A stretch of DNA of 64,000 bases from Planctomycetota bacterium (GTDB lineage Bacteria; Planctomycetota; UBA11346). A program made the translations under genes and the position numbers. The stretch covers positions 133,407 to 197,406 of the forward strand of contig JBBRLJ010000003.1 in the NCBI GenBank assembly GCA_038231435.1, in the 5' to 3' direction. Below are positions 29,969 through 39,092 of the stretch, in pieces. Below the pieces are notes generated by a model. It was not told the origin of the DNA. It saw nothing but the letters and a program-made list of their open reading frames with translations, and did not search any database. The first letter of the stretch is position 1. Each line of letters begins with the position of its first letter.

Positions 29969-30004
29969 ACCCGGCGGATTACCCGGCGGATTACCCAGCA
30001 GATG
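29969..30004. repeat. 12-bp tandem repeat (acccggcggatt) x~3 spanning the response regulator stop
   Basis: Read directly; the third copy is degenerate. Confidence 0.7.
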
Positions 30005-30491
30005 CCGACGGGCCGAGCAGCGGATCGCGCGGCTTGGCGAGCTGGTCGATATCCTTGTTGGTGACCGACGACGAGGCGCGCGCCTTGGCGACCACCTGCA
30101 GCATCTGCTTGGCGATGGCCAGGTAATCCTCGTACACCACGGGTTTGACCACATAGGCCTTCGCGCCCGCGGCCAGGCATTCGTCGATGTCCTTCTGCTG
30201 TTGCGACGAGCTCAGCACCACGGCGGGCACCTTCTGCCAATACGGGTCGCCCTTGAAGTCCTTCAGCACCTGCTGGCCGCGAATGATCGGCAGGTTCAGG
30301 TCGATCACCACCAGCTGGGGGAGATTGGTGCGCAGCGTGCGCATATGGTTGTAGGCCTGCACGGCGTTCTCGGCGGCGATGACCGTGGCCTTCACGCCGA
30401 GCTCCGTCAGCGCCGTGGCGAGCAGCTGCCGGTCGCTCTCGTTGTCCTCCACATGGAGGATCACCAGGTCTTCATTACCGCGCTTGTTCAC
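29991..30491 (-). CDS. single-domain response regulator (CheY/Rcp1-like)
   Basis: ILHVEDN, VVIDLNLP (phospho-Asp), VVLSSS, YVVKP; GTG start with SD GGAGG. Confidence 0.92.
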   Translation of the reverse strand: MNKRGNEDLVILHVEDNESDRQLLATALTELGVKATVIAAENAVQAYNHMRTLRTNLPQLVVIDLNLPIIRGQQVLKDFKGDPYWQKVPAVVLSSSQQQKDIDECLAAGAKAYVVKPVVYEDYLAIAKQMLQVVAKARASSSVTNKDIDQLAKPRDPLLGPSASAG

Positions 30492-30566
30492 CAGCGGCCT
30501 CCAGTCCCGTCTGATGGAGTGATACCATCTCCGGCCTCGGCCGTGCAACGCGGACAGGCAAAGCTT

Positions 30567-30746
30567 TTACGTGGCCTTGCCCGGCCGTTGCGGGCGCTCG
30601 GGTAGCGGGGTGAGCCGGGACGATGTGGATGCGATCAGCCACCCGCGGCGCCATTCGCCCGATTCAGGAGTGCCCGTCGTATAGGGGCAATCGGTGAGGC
30701 TCTTGCCGTTCTTGCGGCTCTCGAGACCGAGGTCGAATGGGGTCAC
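30567..30746 (-). CDS. Rmf/CrpP-like small protein (59 aa)
   Basis: 'F.LG....GKSLTDCPY......EWRRGW' resembles the Rmf core 'GRSKEMCPY...WLGGW'. ggggTATACT lies 6 nt before the GTG. Confidence 0.6.
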   Translation of the reverse strand: MTPFDLGLESRKNGKSLTDCPYTTGTPESGEWRRGWLIASTSSRLTPLPERPQRPGKAT

Positions 30747-30828
30747 GTCGTCAGTATACCCCCTTCGCGGAGGTACATCCATTAGTTAACGTTTGTTTCC
30801 TTATTGTGCCGAAGCCCACCATGCCGCT

Positions 30829-31050
30829 ATGGTAACTCATCGCCTCGGGAGGCGCGTGTCCGTGGTGGCAATCCTGGCATCGACCGTGTGCGGCTCCGGC
30901 TGCGACGGATGGGGCGGCCTGAGGCCGGTCAATCCCTTCACCTACCATGCAGGCGGGCCATGGGTGTCCGACAGCGAGCGCTCGCGAGGAGAGGACCGCG
31001 CCACTGCCGCCATCGGAGCGGCGCAGCTGATCGGCGCGCTCGCCAAGTGA
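30829..31050 (+). CDS. possible small lipoprotein
   Basis: Basic N-terminus, hydrophobic stretch, GSGC lipobox-like motif. Confidence 0.4.
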   Translation: MVTHRLGRRVSVVAILASTVCGSGCDGWGGLRPVNPFTYHAGGPWVSDSERSRGEDRATAAIGAAQLIGALAK

Positions 31051-31080
31051 CAGACGTTGATGCGCGACTCGGACCGGCGG

Positions 31081-32736
31081 CTACTTCTTCTTCTCGGGCG
31101 CCGACAGCATCTCACCGTCGTGCTCCAGACGCACGCGCAGCGCGGGGTAGTCGACTCCCTGCACGGCGACGTGGGCATCGATCGCCATGGTCGCGGCCGC
31201 GCCGGCTGATTGCCCGAGCACCATGAAGACCGGCTCCATGCGGATCGAGCCGTAGGCGATATGCGTGGCCGACAGGCAGACCGGCACCAGCAGGTTGGCG
31301 CACTCCCCGAGCTTGGGCACGATCGCGCGGTACGAGATCGGATAGGGGCCGGGGACATGCTCCTGCACGTCGCCCTCGTTCTTCACCATCGGCTTCTCGC
31401 GCGCGTGGCTGACGAAGCGTTGGCAGTTGTGCGAGTCCATATTGTATTCGCCGAGGCCGACCGGATCCGCGGCGGCGATCTCGCCGCGGCAATCGTGCTC
31501 GGTCATGACGTAGGCAGAGACCATGCGCCGAGCCTCGCGCACATACAACTGGTGCGGCCAGCCACCGGTGTCGGGGAAGCAGCGGCGGTCGAGGCCGAAT
31601 CCCGACACCACCGAGCGCACGCCGTCGGGCACACGTGCATCGTTGGCGAGGAACCACATCAGGCCCTGCTGGTAGGCGACGTGCTCCTGGTAGATCTTCT
31701 CGCGCGTCTCGTAGCTGGCCTCGGGCCACTCGTAGTTCATGCCGATGTCGTCGGTGGAGAAGCCACCCTGATTGTTCGAATCACCGACATGGGCCTGCAT
31801 CACCTGCTCGACCTTGGCGCCGGCTGCCAGGTAGCGCGCGAGCAACTCGTAGCGTTTGGCGTCGTAGGCCGCGGGCTTGGGGAATGGGATCGCATCGGGC
31901 ATCTTGGCGAGGAACATGCGGAAATTGTAGGCCTGGATGCGTTTGTCACCGGCCCCGCTGGCGCCCGGGGCATCGGCCGCGGCATTGGTGATGCCCGGCA
32001 GCAGACCAGAGGACTGATCGCCCGCGACCCCGTACGGATCGATGGGGATGACGAAGTTGTGCTCGCCCGGTTTGCGGATGCCGTCGATGGTCTCGCCGTA
32101 CGCGGCATTCGCCTCGCGCCCGACGGTGAAGGACACGCCTGCTTTCGCCATCAGGTCGCCCTCGTAGGTGGCGTCGATGTAGACGCGCGCGCGGAAGAGG
32201 TCGCCGTTCTCCATGGCGATCTGGTGGATCGCGCCGCGATCGAGGGTGACCGCGGCCAGGCGGCGCTCGCAGAACACCTCGACCTTGGCTTCCGCGAGCA
32301 TTGCGCGGAAACGCGCTTCGGCGATTCCCGGCAGGAAGCCGGCCTTGGCGCCGAGGCCCTTGTAGAATTCGGCCGCCAGACCGCCTATGGACCGTCCGCC
32401 ATCGGTGGCCGACAGGCCCGACGCGGTCAGTCCGCCGACGTGCCGGCCGAACTCGACCAGCACCGCGCGCTTGCCCATGCGCGCGGCCTGGATGGCCGCG
32501 GTGACGCCCGCCGGCGTGGCTCCGTAGACGCAGACGTCGGCATCGACGCTCTGAGGCGGATTCGCCTTCGGCAGCGGATAATAATAGCGCAGGCCCGGTC
32601 CCTGCGCGCCGTCAGCGGCCAAGACCGGGTTGCCGAGGCAGAGCCCTGTCAGCAGCAGCAGCGGCAGCGTGGCGAGTGCTACGCGCGCGAGCGGACGCAT
32701 GACGGAATCCGCGACGGATCGCACGGTGATGGACAT
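31081..32736 (-). CDS. exported FAD-dependent oxidoreductase (FAD_oxidored family)
   Basis: DVCVYGATPAGVTAA, IDATYEGDLMA, IQAYNFR, LYVREARRM, SATHIAYGSIRMEPVFM; signal peptide. Confidence 0.9.
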   Translation of the reverse strand: MSITVRSVADSVMRPLARVALATLPLLLLTGLCLGNPVLAADGAQGPGLRYYYPLPKANPPQSVDADVCVYGATPAGVTAAIQAARMGKRAVLVEFGRHVGGLTASGLSATDGGRSIGGLAAEFYKGLGAKAGFLPGIAEARFRAMLAEAKVEVFCERRLAAVTLDRGAIHQIAMENGDLFRARVYIDATYEGDLMAKAGVSFTVGREANAAYGETIDGIRKPGEHNFVIPIDPYGVAGDQSSGLLPGITNAAADAPGASGAGDKRIQAYNFRMFLAKMPDAIPFPKPAAYDAKRYELLARYLAAGAKVEQVMQAHVGDSNNQGGFSTDDIGMNYEWPEASYETREKIYQEHVAYQQGLMWFLANDARVPDGVRSVVSGFGLDRRCFPDTGGWPHQLYVREARRMVSAYVMTEHDCRGEIAAADPVGLGEYNMDSHNCQRFVSHAREKPMVKNEGDVQEHVPGPYPISYRAIVPKLGECANLLVPVCLSATHIAYGSIRMEPVFMVLGQSAGAAATMAIDAHVAVQGVDYPALRVRLEHDGEMLSAPEKKK

Positions 32737-32891
32737 GGCTGGGGCTCCCGCCGCCATGGTGCGTGGCCGGCCCCTGCCTGGCAATGGCGTTTGGAGCTGC
32801 GCCCGTGGCTCGCCGGCTTGGACCGCCGGAGTCACCACTCGACCGCGTAATTCGCGCTCTGTCGGCTTGGGATATCGCCGAACGACCGTGC

Positions 32892-34268
32892 TCAGACGAC
32901 GCGACGCTGGGAGATGCATTCCGCGTACCAGCGCGCGCTCTCCTTGGCGATGCGCCGCTGGCTGTCGTAGACGGTGTAGTAGAGCCCGCAGCGCTTGGTG
33001 GTGCCGAACGACCATTCGTAATTGTCGAGCAGGCTCCAATGGAAGTAGCCCGTCACCGGCAGGCCCTCGGCAACCGCACGGTGGACCTGGCGCAGGTAGC
33101 TGCGCAGGTAGAGGATGCGATCGAGATCGACGACCTCGCCCTTGATATCGATCTCATCGGTGCAGGCGGCGCCATTCTCGCTGATGAACAGGTCCTTGGT
33201 GAAGCCGCACTGCTCCTTCGCGTGCCGGAGCGCCCAATAGATGCTGTCGGGCACGATGTTCAGCCAGCTCATGTCCAGGCGCGGATATCCCTTCGGCAGT
33301 TCGAGGATCTGGTAGCCCTCTGGCGTGGCGGCGGCGCGCACGTAGCTGCCACTGTAGATGTTCAGCCCGAGCGCATCGATCGGCTGGGCGATGGTACGCA
33401 GATCACCGTCGCTGATATCCGGCACCTCGCCGAGCTTGCCCTTGGCCGCGAGAAAGGCCTCGCTGTAGCGGCCGGTGAGCGCGGGGAAGATGCAGGCGCC
33501 GTTCCACAGCAGATCGTGGTAGGCCTTGCCCGCCGCCGCAATGTCCGACGCGCTCTCGCTCACCGGCACCGGGGTCGCGGGGCAGTCGACCAGCGACACC
33601 CGGCACGGACGCGGGCTGTTGGCGCGGATCGCCTGCACGCCCATGCCGTGCGCGAGCAGGGCGTGGTGCATGGTCTGCCAGACCTCCTTGCGCGTCGCCA
33701 CCTGCGTGCCTGGGGCATGGCCACCCGGCTTGCCGACATCGTAGCCGACCAGCGTGAAACACGGGATCTCGTTCATGGTCATCCAGTCGACGACGCGGTC
33801 GCCGAGGCGCTTCACCACCACCGCGACGTAGTTGGCGAAGTCCTTGGCGATCTCGCGCGAACGCCACGAGCCGTAGCGGTCCTCGAGCGCCTGCGGGCTG
33901 TCCCAATGGAAGAGCGTGACGTGCGGCCGGATGTCGTGCTTGGCTAGGCAGTCGAGCAGGCGGCGGTAGAAGTCGATGCCGGCCTCGTTCACCGCGCCGC
34001 GGCCATCGGGGATGATCCGCGTCCACGCGATCGAGAAGCGGTAATGCTTCACTCCGAGCGCCGCCATCAGCGCGATGTCTCCTTCGAAGCGGTGGTAGTG
34101 GTCGCAGGCGATGTCGCCGCTCTCGCCGTTGTGGATCGCGCCCGGGCGTTTCGAGAAGGTATCCCAGACGCTCGGCTTACGGCCGCCCTCGGCGACCGCG
34201 CCCTCGATCTGGTACGCCGCGGTGGCCACGCCCCAGATGAAATCGTCGGGGAAGCGGTAGCTGTCCAT
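32892..34268 (-). CDS. beta-glucosidase, glycoside hydrolase family 1
   Basis: FIWGVATAAYQIEG, YRFSIAW, TMNE (acid/base), ISENG (nucleophile), WSLLDNYEW. Confidence 0.96.
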   Translation of the reverse strand: MDSYRFPDDFIWGVATAAYQIEGAVAEGGRKPSVWDTFSKRPGAIHNGESGDIACDHYHRFEGDIALMAALGVKHYRFSIAWTRIIPDGRGAVNEAGIDFYRRLLDCLAKHDIRPHVTLFHWDSPQALEDRYGSWRSREIAKDFANYVAVVVKRLGDRVVDWMTMNEIPCFTLVGYDVGKPGGHAPGTQVATRKEVWQTMHHALLAHGMGVQAIRANSPRPCRVSLVDCPATPVPVSESASDIAAAGKAYHDLLWNGACIFPALTGRYSEAFLAAKGKLGEVPDISDGDLRTIAQPIDALGLNIYSGSYVRAAATPEGYQILELPKGYPRLDMSWLNIVPDSIYWALRHAKEQCGFTKDLFISENGAACTDEIDIKGEVVDLDRILYLRSYLRQVHRAVAEGLPVTGYFHWSLLDNYEWSFGTTKRCGLYYTVYDSQRRIAKESARWYAECISQRRVV

Positions 34269-34333
34269 GAGTCGTCTCCAGCCTACAGGCTAGGAGCGTG
34301 CGGCGGTGAACAAGCGCGGCAATGCGGGTGGTC

Positions 34334-34367
34334 TACTAGTTAAACGTATTAAATCAGTGATATTACG
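34334..34367. promoter_or_regulatory. AT-rich imperfect palindrome (TTAAACGTATTAA) upstream of the GH1 gene, possible LacI-type operator
   Basis: Isolated AT island with a central CG, about 70 nt upstream of the start codon. Confidence 0.4.
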
Positions 34368-34420
34368 TCTATCGAGCGTCGTCCGTTGTCCGTTGTCGAG
34401 AGTGGAACCCCGGACGGCAC

Positions 34421-35644
34421 TCACGGCCGCGTATCACCGTATCCGGTGAGCTCGACATACCCCCTGCCTGATACGCGTTGCCCATCGCGCACCTCGACTG
34501 CGCCTTCCCAATAGCGGAAGCCGACGTCGAGCTCCTGGTCGTCGATCAGCGGCCGCACCGTCGCATCGATCGCTGCTGACGGCACGCGCACCCGCCAGGC
34601 GGAAGGATACTCGGCGCCGCTGCGCGGACTCGTCCAGATGCCGCTGGCCGTCACCTCGACATCGCCGAGCGCGAGCGAGCGCGCCGATCCGTCTGCGTCG
34701 ATCAGCGTGCCGCTGCTCGCCGGATCGATGCCGCCGCCACGCAGGCGCATGCGGTAGAGCATCAGGTCGCGACCGTCGTCCAGCTGCAGGGCGAACCAAT
34801 CCCAGCCCTGCTGTTCAGCGCTCAGCGCGCTGGTCGACCACTCGCGGTCCATCCATGACGCACCGCTGACCGTCGTGGTGTGGCCGGAAATGGTGATGGT
34901 CCCGGTCGTGGGCATGCGCGTCAGCGAGTAGTAGTACGAGGCGCTGGTCGCGCTCTTGCGGCTGAGCCCACGTTCGCCTTCGAGCACCAAGGGCTTGCCC
35001 GGCTCCAGGCTCAGTTCGATGGCATCCTCACCGTCGCTTCCCGACGTCGACATCGATGAAGACGGAGATGGAGAAGCGGAGGCGCGCAATCGCGTTGGTC
35101 CCCAGCCCTCGGCCGACCAGCCGCCGATCCACACCCGGTACGGTTCCGCCTGGGCGCCTGCGAGTCCCAGCGCGCCGCGCGCGGTCGCCTGGTGGGAATG
35201 GAAACGCGCGCCCGCCGCATCGCTGACCGCGAAGTGGGCGAAGTACACTTGGCACGTCGCCCAGGCGGAAGCGCGCGCCGGCGCGGAATCGGCGGGCGCG
35301 AGCGCCACGCGGAAGATGGTCAGCTGGTAGCCGAAGCGCGTACCATCGGCGGCGGCGAGATTCCCGGTGTAATACCACCATTCAGTGCGGAATTCGCCAT
35401 GCGGGCCGTGGTCGGCCGGGAAACTGAACGTGCGCGGCAGCTCGGCCTTGGCGAAGCCGGCGTCTGCCTCACCCGCTGTTCCCCCACTCGGAGAGAGCGC
35501 GGCCCCCACGCCCATCGACGGCGTGGGGGCCGCGCGCAGCCCGGCCCGCCAGGAGTCCGACACCGCGATGACCGCCACCAGCAGGGCGGCCGCGACGATG
35601 ACGATGGCGATGATGATGACGGGGGACCGGCGCATCATCGTCAT
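34421..35644 (-). CDS. AttH/CrtC-like lipocalin-fold secreted hydrolase/hydratase
   Basis: FPADHGPH..FRTEWWYYTGNL, SYYYSLTR, WMDREWS, GWDWFALQLDDG, YWEGAV, GYVELTGY. Confidence 0.92.
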   Translation of the reverse strand: MTMMRRSPVIIIAIVIVAAALLVAVIAVSDSWRAGLRAAPTPSMGVGAALSPSGGTAGEADAGFAKAELPRTFSFPADHGPHGEFRTEWWYYTGNLAAADGTRFGYQLTIFRVALAPADSAPARASAWATCQVYFAHFAVSDAAGARFHSHQATARGALGLAGAQAEPYRVWIGGWSAEGWGPTRLRASASPSPSSSMSTSGSDGEDAIELSLEPGKPLVLEGERGLSRKSATSASYYYSLTRMPTTGTITISGHTTTVSGASWMDREWSTSALSAEQQGWDWFALQLDDGRDLMLYRMRLRGGGIDPASSGTLIDADGSARSLALGDVEVTASGIWTSPRSGAEYPSAWRVRVPSAAIDATVRPLIDDQELDVGFRYWEGAVEVRDGQRVSGRGYVELTGYGDTRP

Positions 35645-38268
35645 TCGTCCCGCAGGGCCGCGGCGGGGGCCACGCGCGACAGCCGCCAGGCGGGATAGAC
35701 CGAGGCCAGCACCGCCGCAGCCACGGCCAGCAGCAGAGCCTGGACGAGCAGCCACGGATCGACGTGCAGCGCGAAGCTCCAGCCGAACGACCGGCGGTTG
35801 ATCACCAGCGCCAGCACCGCCGCGAGAGCGATCCCCAACGGCAGCGACATCACGCCTGCGGCGATGCCGGTGATCGCGGCCTGTCCGCCGGTGATGGCCA
35901 TCACCTGGCCGGGCGTGCAGCCGTGCATGCGCATCACCGCGATCTCGCGCGCGCGCTCGAGCGCCAGCGCCAGGAGCGCGCCCAGGATGCCGAGGAACGC
36001 CACCGCGCCGGCGAGCACGCGGATGATGCCGGTGATGGCGAAGGTCTGGTCGAAGACCGCCAGGGATTCGCGGCGCAGCGCGCGGTTCGAGGACATCCAC
36101 AGATCGGCGTCGCCGGCGGCAGCGCGCAAGCGCGCGATCAGCGCGTCGACCTCGACGCCAGGCACGGCGATCACCGACACCCCGGAGATGCCGCGATCAT
36201 TCCAGCAACGCTCGTAGGCGGCGCGGTCGATGAACACGCTGCCCTGGTCGTTGCTGTAATCCTTGACCACGCCGGCGACCGTGAAGGCGCGTTCACCGTG
36301 GTCGGTGAGGATGCGCAGGCTGGCTCCCGGGCCGACAGCGTGGCGGAAGGCGAATGGCTCGGTGACTAGCACGTCACCAGCCGCGAATGCCGGCCACGCC
36401 AAGGCCGGATCCCCGACCACGAAGGTGAAGCCCGCGTGCAAGGACGATGGCATCTGGAAGGCGACCAGGTCGATCATGTCGCCGGTCGCGCCCGGCATCA
36501 TCGGATGCGCTTCGCGCATGGCTGACTGCGCCGCGCGCATGGTGGGATGCGCGTCGCGCTTGGTGACCAGCGCTGCGACGCCGTCGACGCGCGCGAGGCG
36601 CTCGACCAGCTCCGCTGGGAGCGTGACTTCGTTGATGCGCGCCGCGACTGCACGCGGCGCGCTGATATAGACGTCTGCGCGCAGGGTCGCGTCGAGCCAC
36701 TCCTGGAGCGAGCTCCGGAACGATCCCACCATGATGCCCACGCCGAGACTGGCGGCCGAGGCGATGACCAGCGCCGCCACCGCGACTCCGGTGCGGCTGA
36801 GCGTCGCTGACACCGAGCGCGCCGCCATCGCCGCCACCGGGCCGCCGAGCGCGGCCAGCGGCCTGGCGATCAGCGCGATGATCGCGCCCAGGGACAGGGG
36901 AATCAGCAGTGCGTAGCCGACGATAACCAGCGCCAGCGCCATGAACCCCAGCGCCAGGCTGGATCCGCCGATGGCGATCAGCGCCCACGCCGCCGCGAGC
37001 AGCGCGATGCCCGCCATGGCCAGCCACGGCGCGGTACGTCGCGCGCGGGCCTCGATGGTCGAGCGCGCGGCGACGGCGCTCGGACGGGTGGTGGTCGCCT
37101 CCCACACCGGTAGCGCGGCGGCGAGCAGCGTCGCGCACAAGCCCAGCCCCGCGTCCTTGGCCAGGGTCGCTGGCGGCAACGCCACTTCCTGGACCGCGAC
37201 CACGAAATACAGGTCGCTGATGGTGCGCGTCACCTGGTTCACCAGCTCGTGCGCCGCGGCGATGCCGAGCGCCAGCCCGAGCGCGGTGCCGACCACGCCG
37301 AAGACCGCGGCCTCGCAAAGGATGGTCACCGCGATGGAGCAGCGCGTGGCGCCGGCGAGGCGCAACCGGCCGATCAGCTCGCGCCGCTGCACCACCAGGA
37401 AACCAACGGTGTTGTGGATGAGGAACATCCCCACCACCAGCGCGAGCAGGCTGAGCGCGGTGAGGTTGAGATGGAAGGCGCGCGTCATCTGGTCGAGCGC
37501 CGATGCGCGCGCTGCCGCGGGTCGCAGTTCCGCACCTGCGGGCATCGCCAATGCCGACAGCCGCGCCTCTGACCCAGCGGGAGCGATCAGCGACAGCCTA
37601 TCGATGCGGCCGACGCGGCCGAGCAGCTCCTGCGCGGTGGCGATGTCGCAGATGGCGAGATCTGCGATCGCGCGGCGCGAGAACTCGTCGGGCGAGTCCA
37701 GCAGCGCCACCACTTCCACCGTCCGCACGCGGGTGCCGATCCGCAGATCGAGACGCCCGCCCAGCCCGATGCCCAAGCTGGCGGCGGTCGCGCTGGCGAG
37801 CGCCACCGCGTCGGGCGTGGTCATCAGACGCGCGGCCGCGCGCAGCCCGTCCTGATCGTCCGCGCGGTCGCCGGCCTTCCCACCGGCTACGCCTCCGATG
37901 GCTCCGACATACGGCCGGAACGGGCCCTCGCACAGCGGATCGACGCCCATCAGGCGCAGCACGCGGCCGGGATGCCCGGTAAGCGCGACGTCGGACTCGA
38001 GCAGCGGCGCGACCGGCCACGGCGCGAGCTCGCGGCGCACGCGACCGAATTCGAGGTCGGCGATGCCCGACGGGCCGGCGACGATCTCGTGGGTCGCGCG
38101 TCCGGCCACGCCCGCCACCGATTCCGTGAACGCCCTGCGCGAACTGGCGATGGCGAGATCGATGGCCGTGGCCATGGCGACGCCGAGCGCGATGCCCAGC
38201 ACCGCCAGCACCACCACCCAGGGATGGCGGAGCAGATGCCTGGAAGCCGCTAGGCCGATCGGGCTCAT
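35641..38268 (-). CDS. ABC transporter permease, duplicated FtsX/MacB type (AttFG-like)
   Basis: 'GIALGVA', 'FHLNLTALSLLALVVGMFLI', 'INRRSFGWS'; ATGA-coupled on both sides. Confidence 0.92.
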   Translation of the reverse strand: MSPIGLAASRHLLRHPWVVVLAVLGIALGVAMATAIDLAIASSRRAFTESVAGVAGRATHEIVAGPSGIADLEFGRVRRELAPWPVAPLLESDVALTGHPGRVLRLMGVDPLCEGPFRPYVGAIGGVAGGKAGDRADDQDGLRAAARLMTTPDAVALASATAASLGIGLGGRLDLRIGTRVRTVEVVALLDSPDEFSRRAIADLAICDIATAQELLGRVGRIDRLSLIAPAGSEARLSALAMPAGAELRPAAARASALDQMTRAFHLNLTALSLLALVVGMFLIHNTVGFLVVQRRELIGRLRLAGATRCSIAVTILCEAAVFGVVGTALGLALGIAAAHELVNQVTRTISDLYFVVAVQEVALPPATLAKDAGLGLCATLLAAALPVWEATTTRPSAVAARSTIEARARRTAPWLAMAGIALLAAAWALIAIGGSSLALGFMALALVIVGYALLIPLSLGAIIALIARPLAALGGPVAAMAARSVSATLSRTGVAVAALVIASAASLGVGIMVGSFRSSLQEWLDATLRADVYISAPRAVAARINEVTLPAELVERLARVDGVAALVTKRDAHPTMRAAQSAMREAHPMMPGATGDMIDLVAFQMPSSLHAGFTFVVGDPALAWPAFAAGDVLVTEPFAFRHAVGPGASLRILTDHGERAFTVAGVVKDYSNDQGSVFIDRAAYERCWNDRGISGVSVIAVPGVEVDALIARLRAAAGDADLWMSSNRALRRESLAVFDQTFAITGIIRVLAGAVAFLGILGALLALALERAREIAVMRMHGCTPGQVMAITGGQAAITGIAAGVMSLPLGIALAAVLALVINRRSFGWSFALHVDPWLLVQALLLAVAAAVLASVYPAWRLSRVAPAAALRDE

Positions 38269-39092
38269 GGAGTCGGCGGGATCGGCGATGAAGCGCGCGT
38301 CGCGGACGAGATGCGCCCTTCAGCCATCGTCCACACCCGATCGGCGATCGCCGACACGTCGTCACTGTGGGTGGCGATGAGCATCGTGCCGCCCGAACGA
38401 CGCACGAGCCGCGACATCAATTCGAGGATGCGCTGGGCGTTCACCTGGTCGAGATTGCCGGTCGGCTCGTCGGCCAGCACCAGCTCCGGACGGTGAGCGA
38501 GCGCTGCAGCGACCGCGACGCGTTGCTGCTCGCCTCCAGAGAGACGGTCGGGGCTGGCGCGCGCGCGGTCGGCGAGGCCGACCTCCTCGAGCAGCGAGTC
38601 GGCGTAGGCGCGCTCCGCTGCGCCGGTGCGGCCGTCGAGATCGAGACGCAGCAAGACGTTCTCGCGAACGCTCAGCGTGGGAATGAGATTGAAGAACTGG
38701 AAGACGAAGCCGATGCGCCGACGGCGGAAGAGCGTGCGCTGGCGTTCGCCCATGCGGTTGATGGCCTGGCCAGCGACCAGCACCTCGCCCTCGTCGGGCA
38801 GGTCGACACCAGCGAGCAGATTCAGGAGCGTCGATTTCCCCGAGCCGCTGCGGCCGTACAGCGCGACGATCTCGCCGCGCTCGATGCGCGCGTCCAGGCG
38901 CTCGAGCACCACGCGGCGGGCCGGCCCCGCGCTGGCGGACCCGGAGCCCGCGCCTTCGACGTAGGCCTTGCTCACTCCGCGCAGCTCCATGCCAGGGGCC
39001 TGTCCAGGTGGAGAGCTTCCATGTGGAGAGTCTCCACGTGGAGAGCCGTGGGCGATGCCGGACGCGGCGGCGGACGTAACCGGATCGGTCAT
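38265..39092 (-). CDS. ABC transporter ATP-binding protein (LolD/AttE-like)
   Basis: GRSGSGKS, IGFVFQFFNL, LSGGEQQR, LADEPTGNLD, ATH. Confidence 0.95.
   Translation of the reverse strand: MTDPVTSAAASGIAHGSPRGDSPHGSSPPGQAPGMELRGVSKAYVEGAGSGSASAGPARRVVLERLDARIERGEIVALYGRSGSGKSTLLNLLAGVDLPDEGEVLVAGQAINRMGERQRTLFRRRRIGFVFQFFNLIPTLSVRENVLLRLDLDGRTGAAERAYADSLLEEVGLADRARASPDRLSGGEQQRVAVAAALAHRPELVLADEPTGNLDQVNAQRILELMSRLVRRSGGTMLIATHSDDVSAIADRVWTMAEGRISSATRASSPIPPTP
39008..39047. repeat. 15-bp-period repeat GTGGAGAG x3 in the ATPase N-terminal extension
   Basis: gtggagagcttccat-gtggagagtctccac-gtggagagcc, read directly. Confidence 0.7.
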
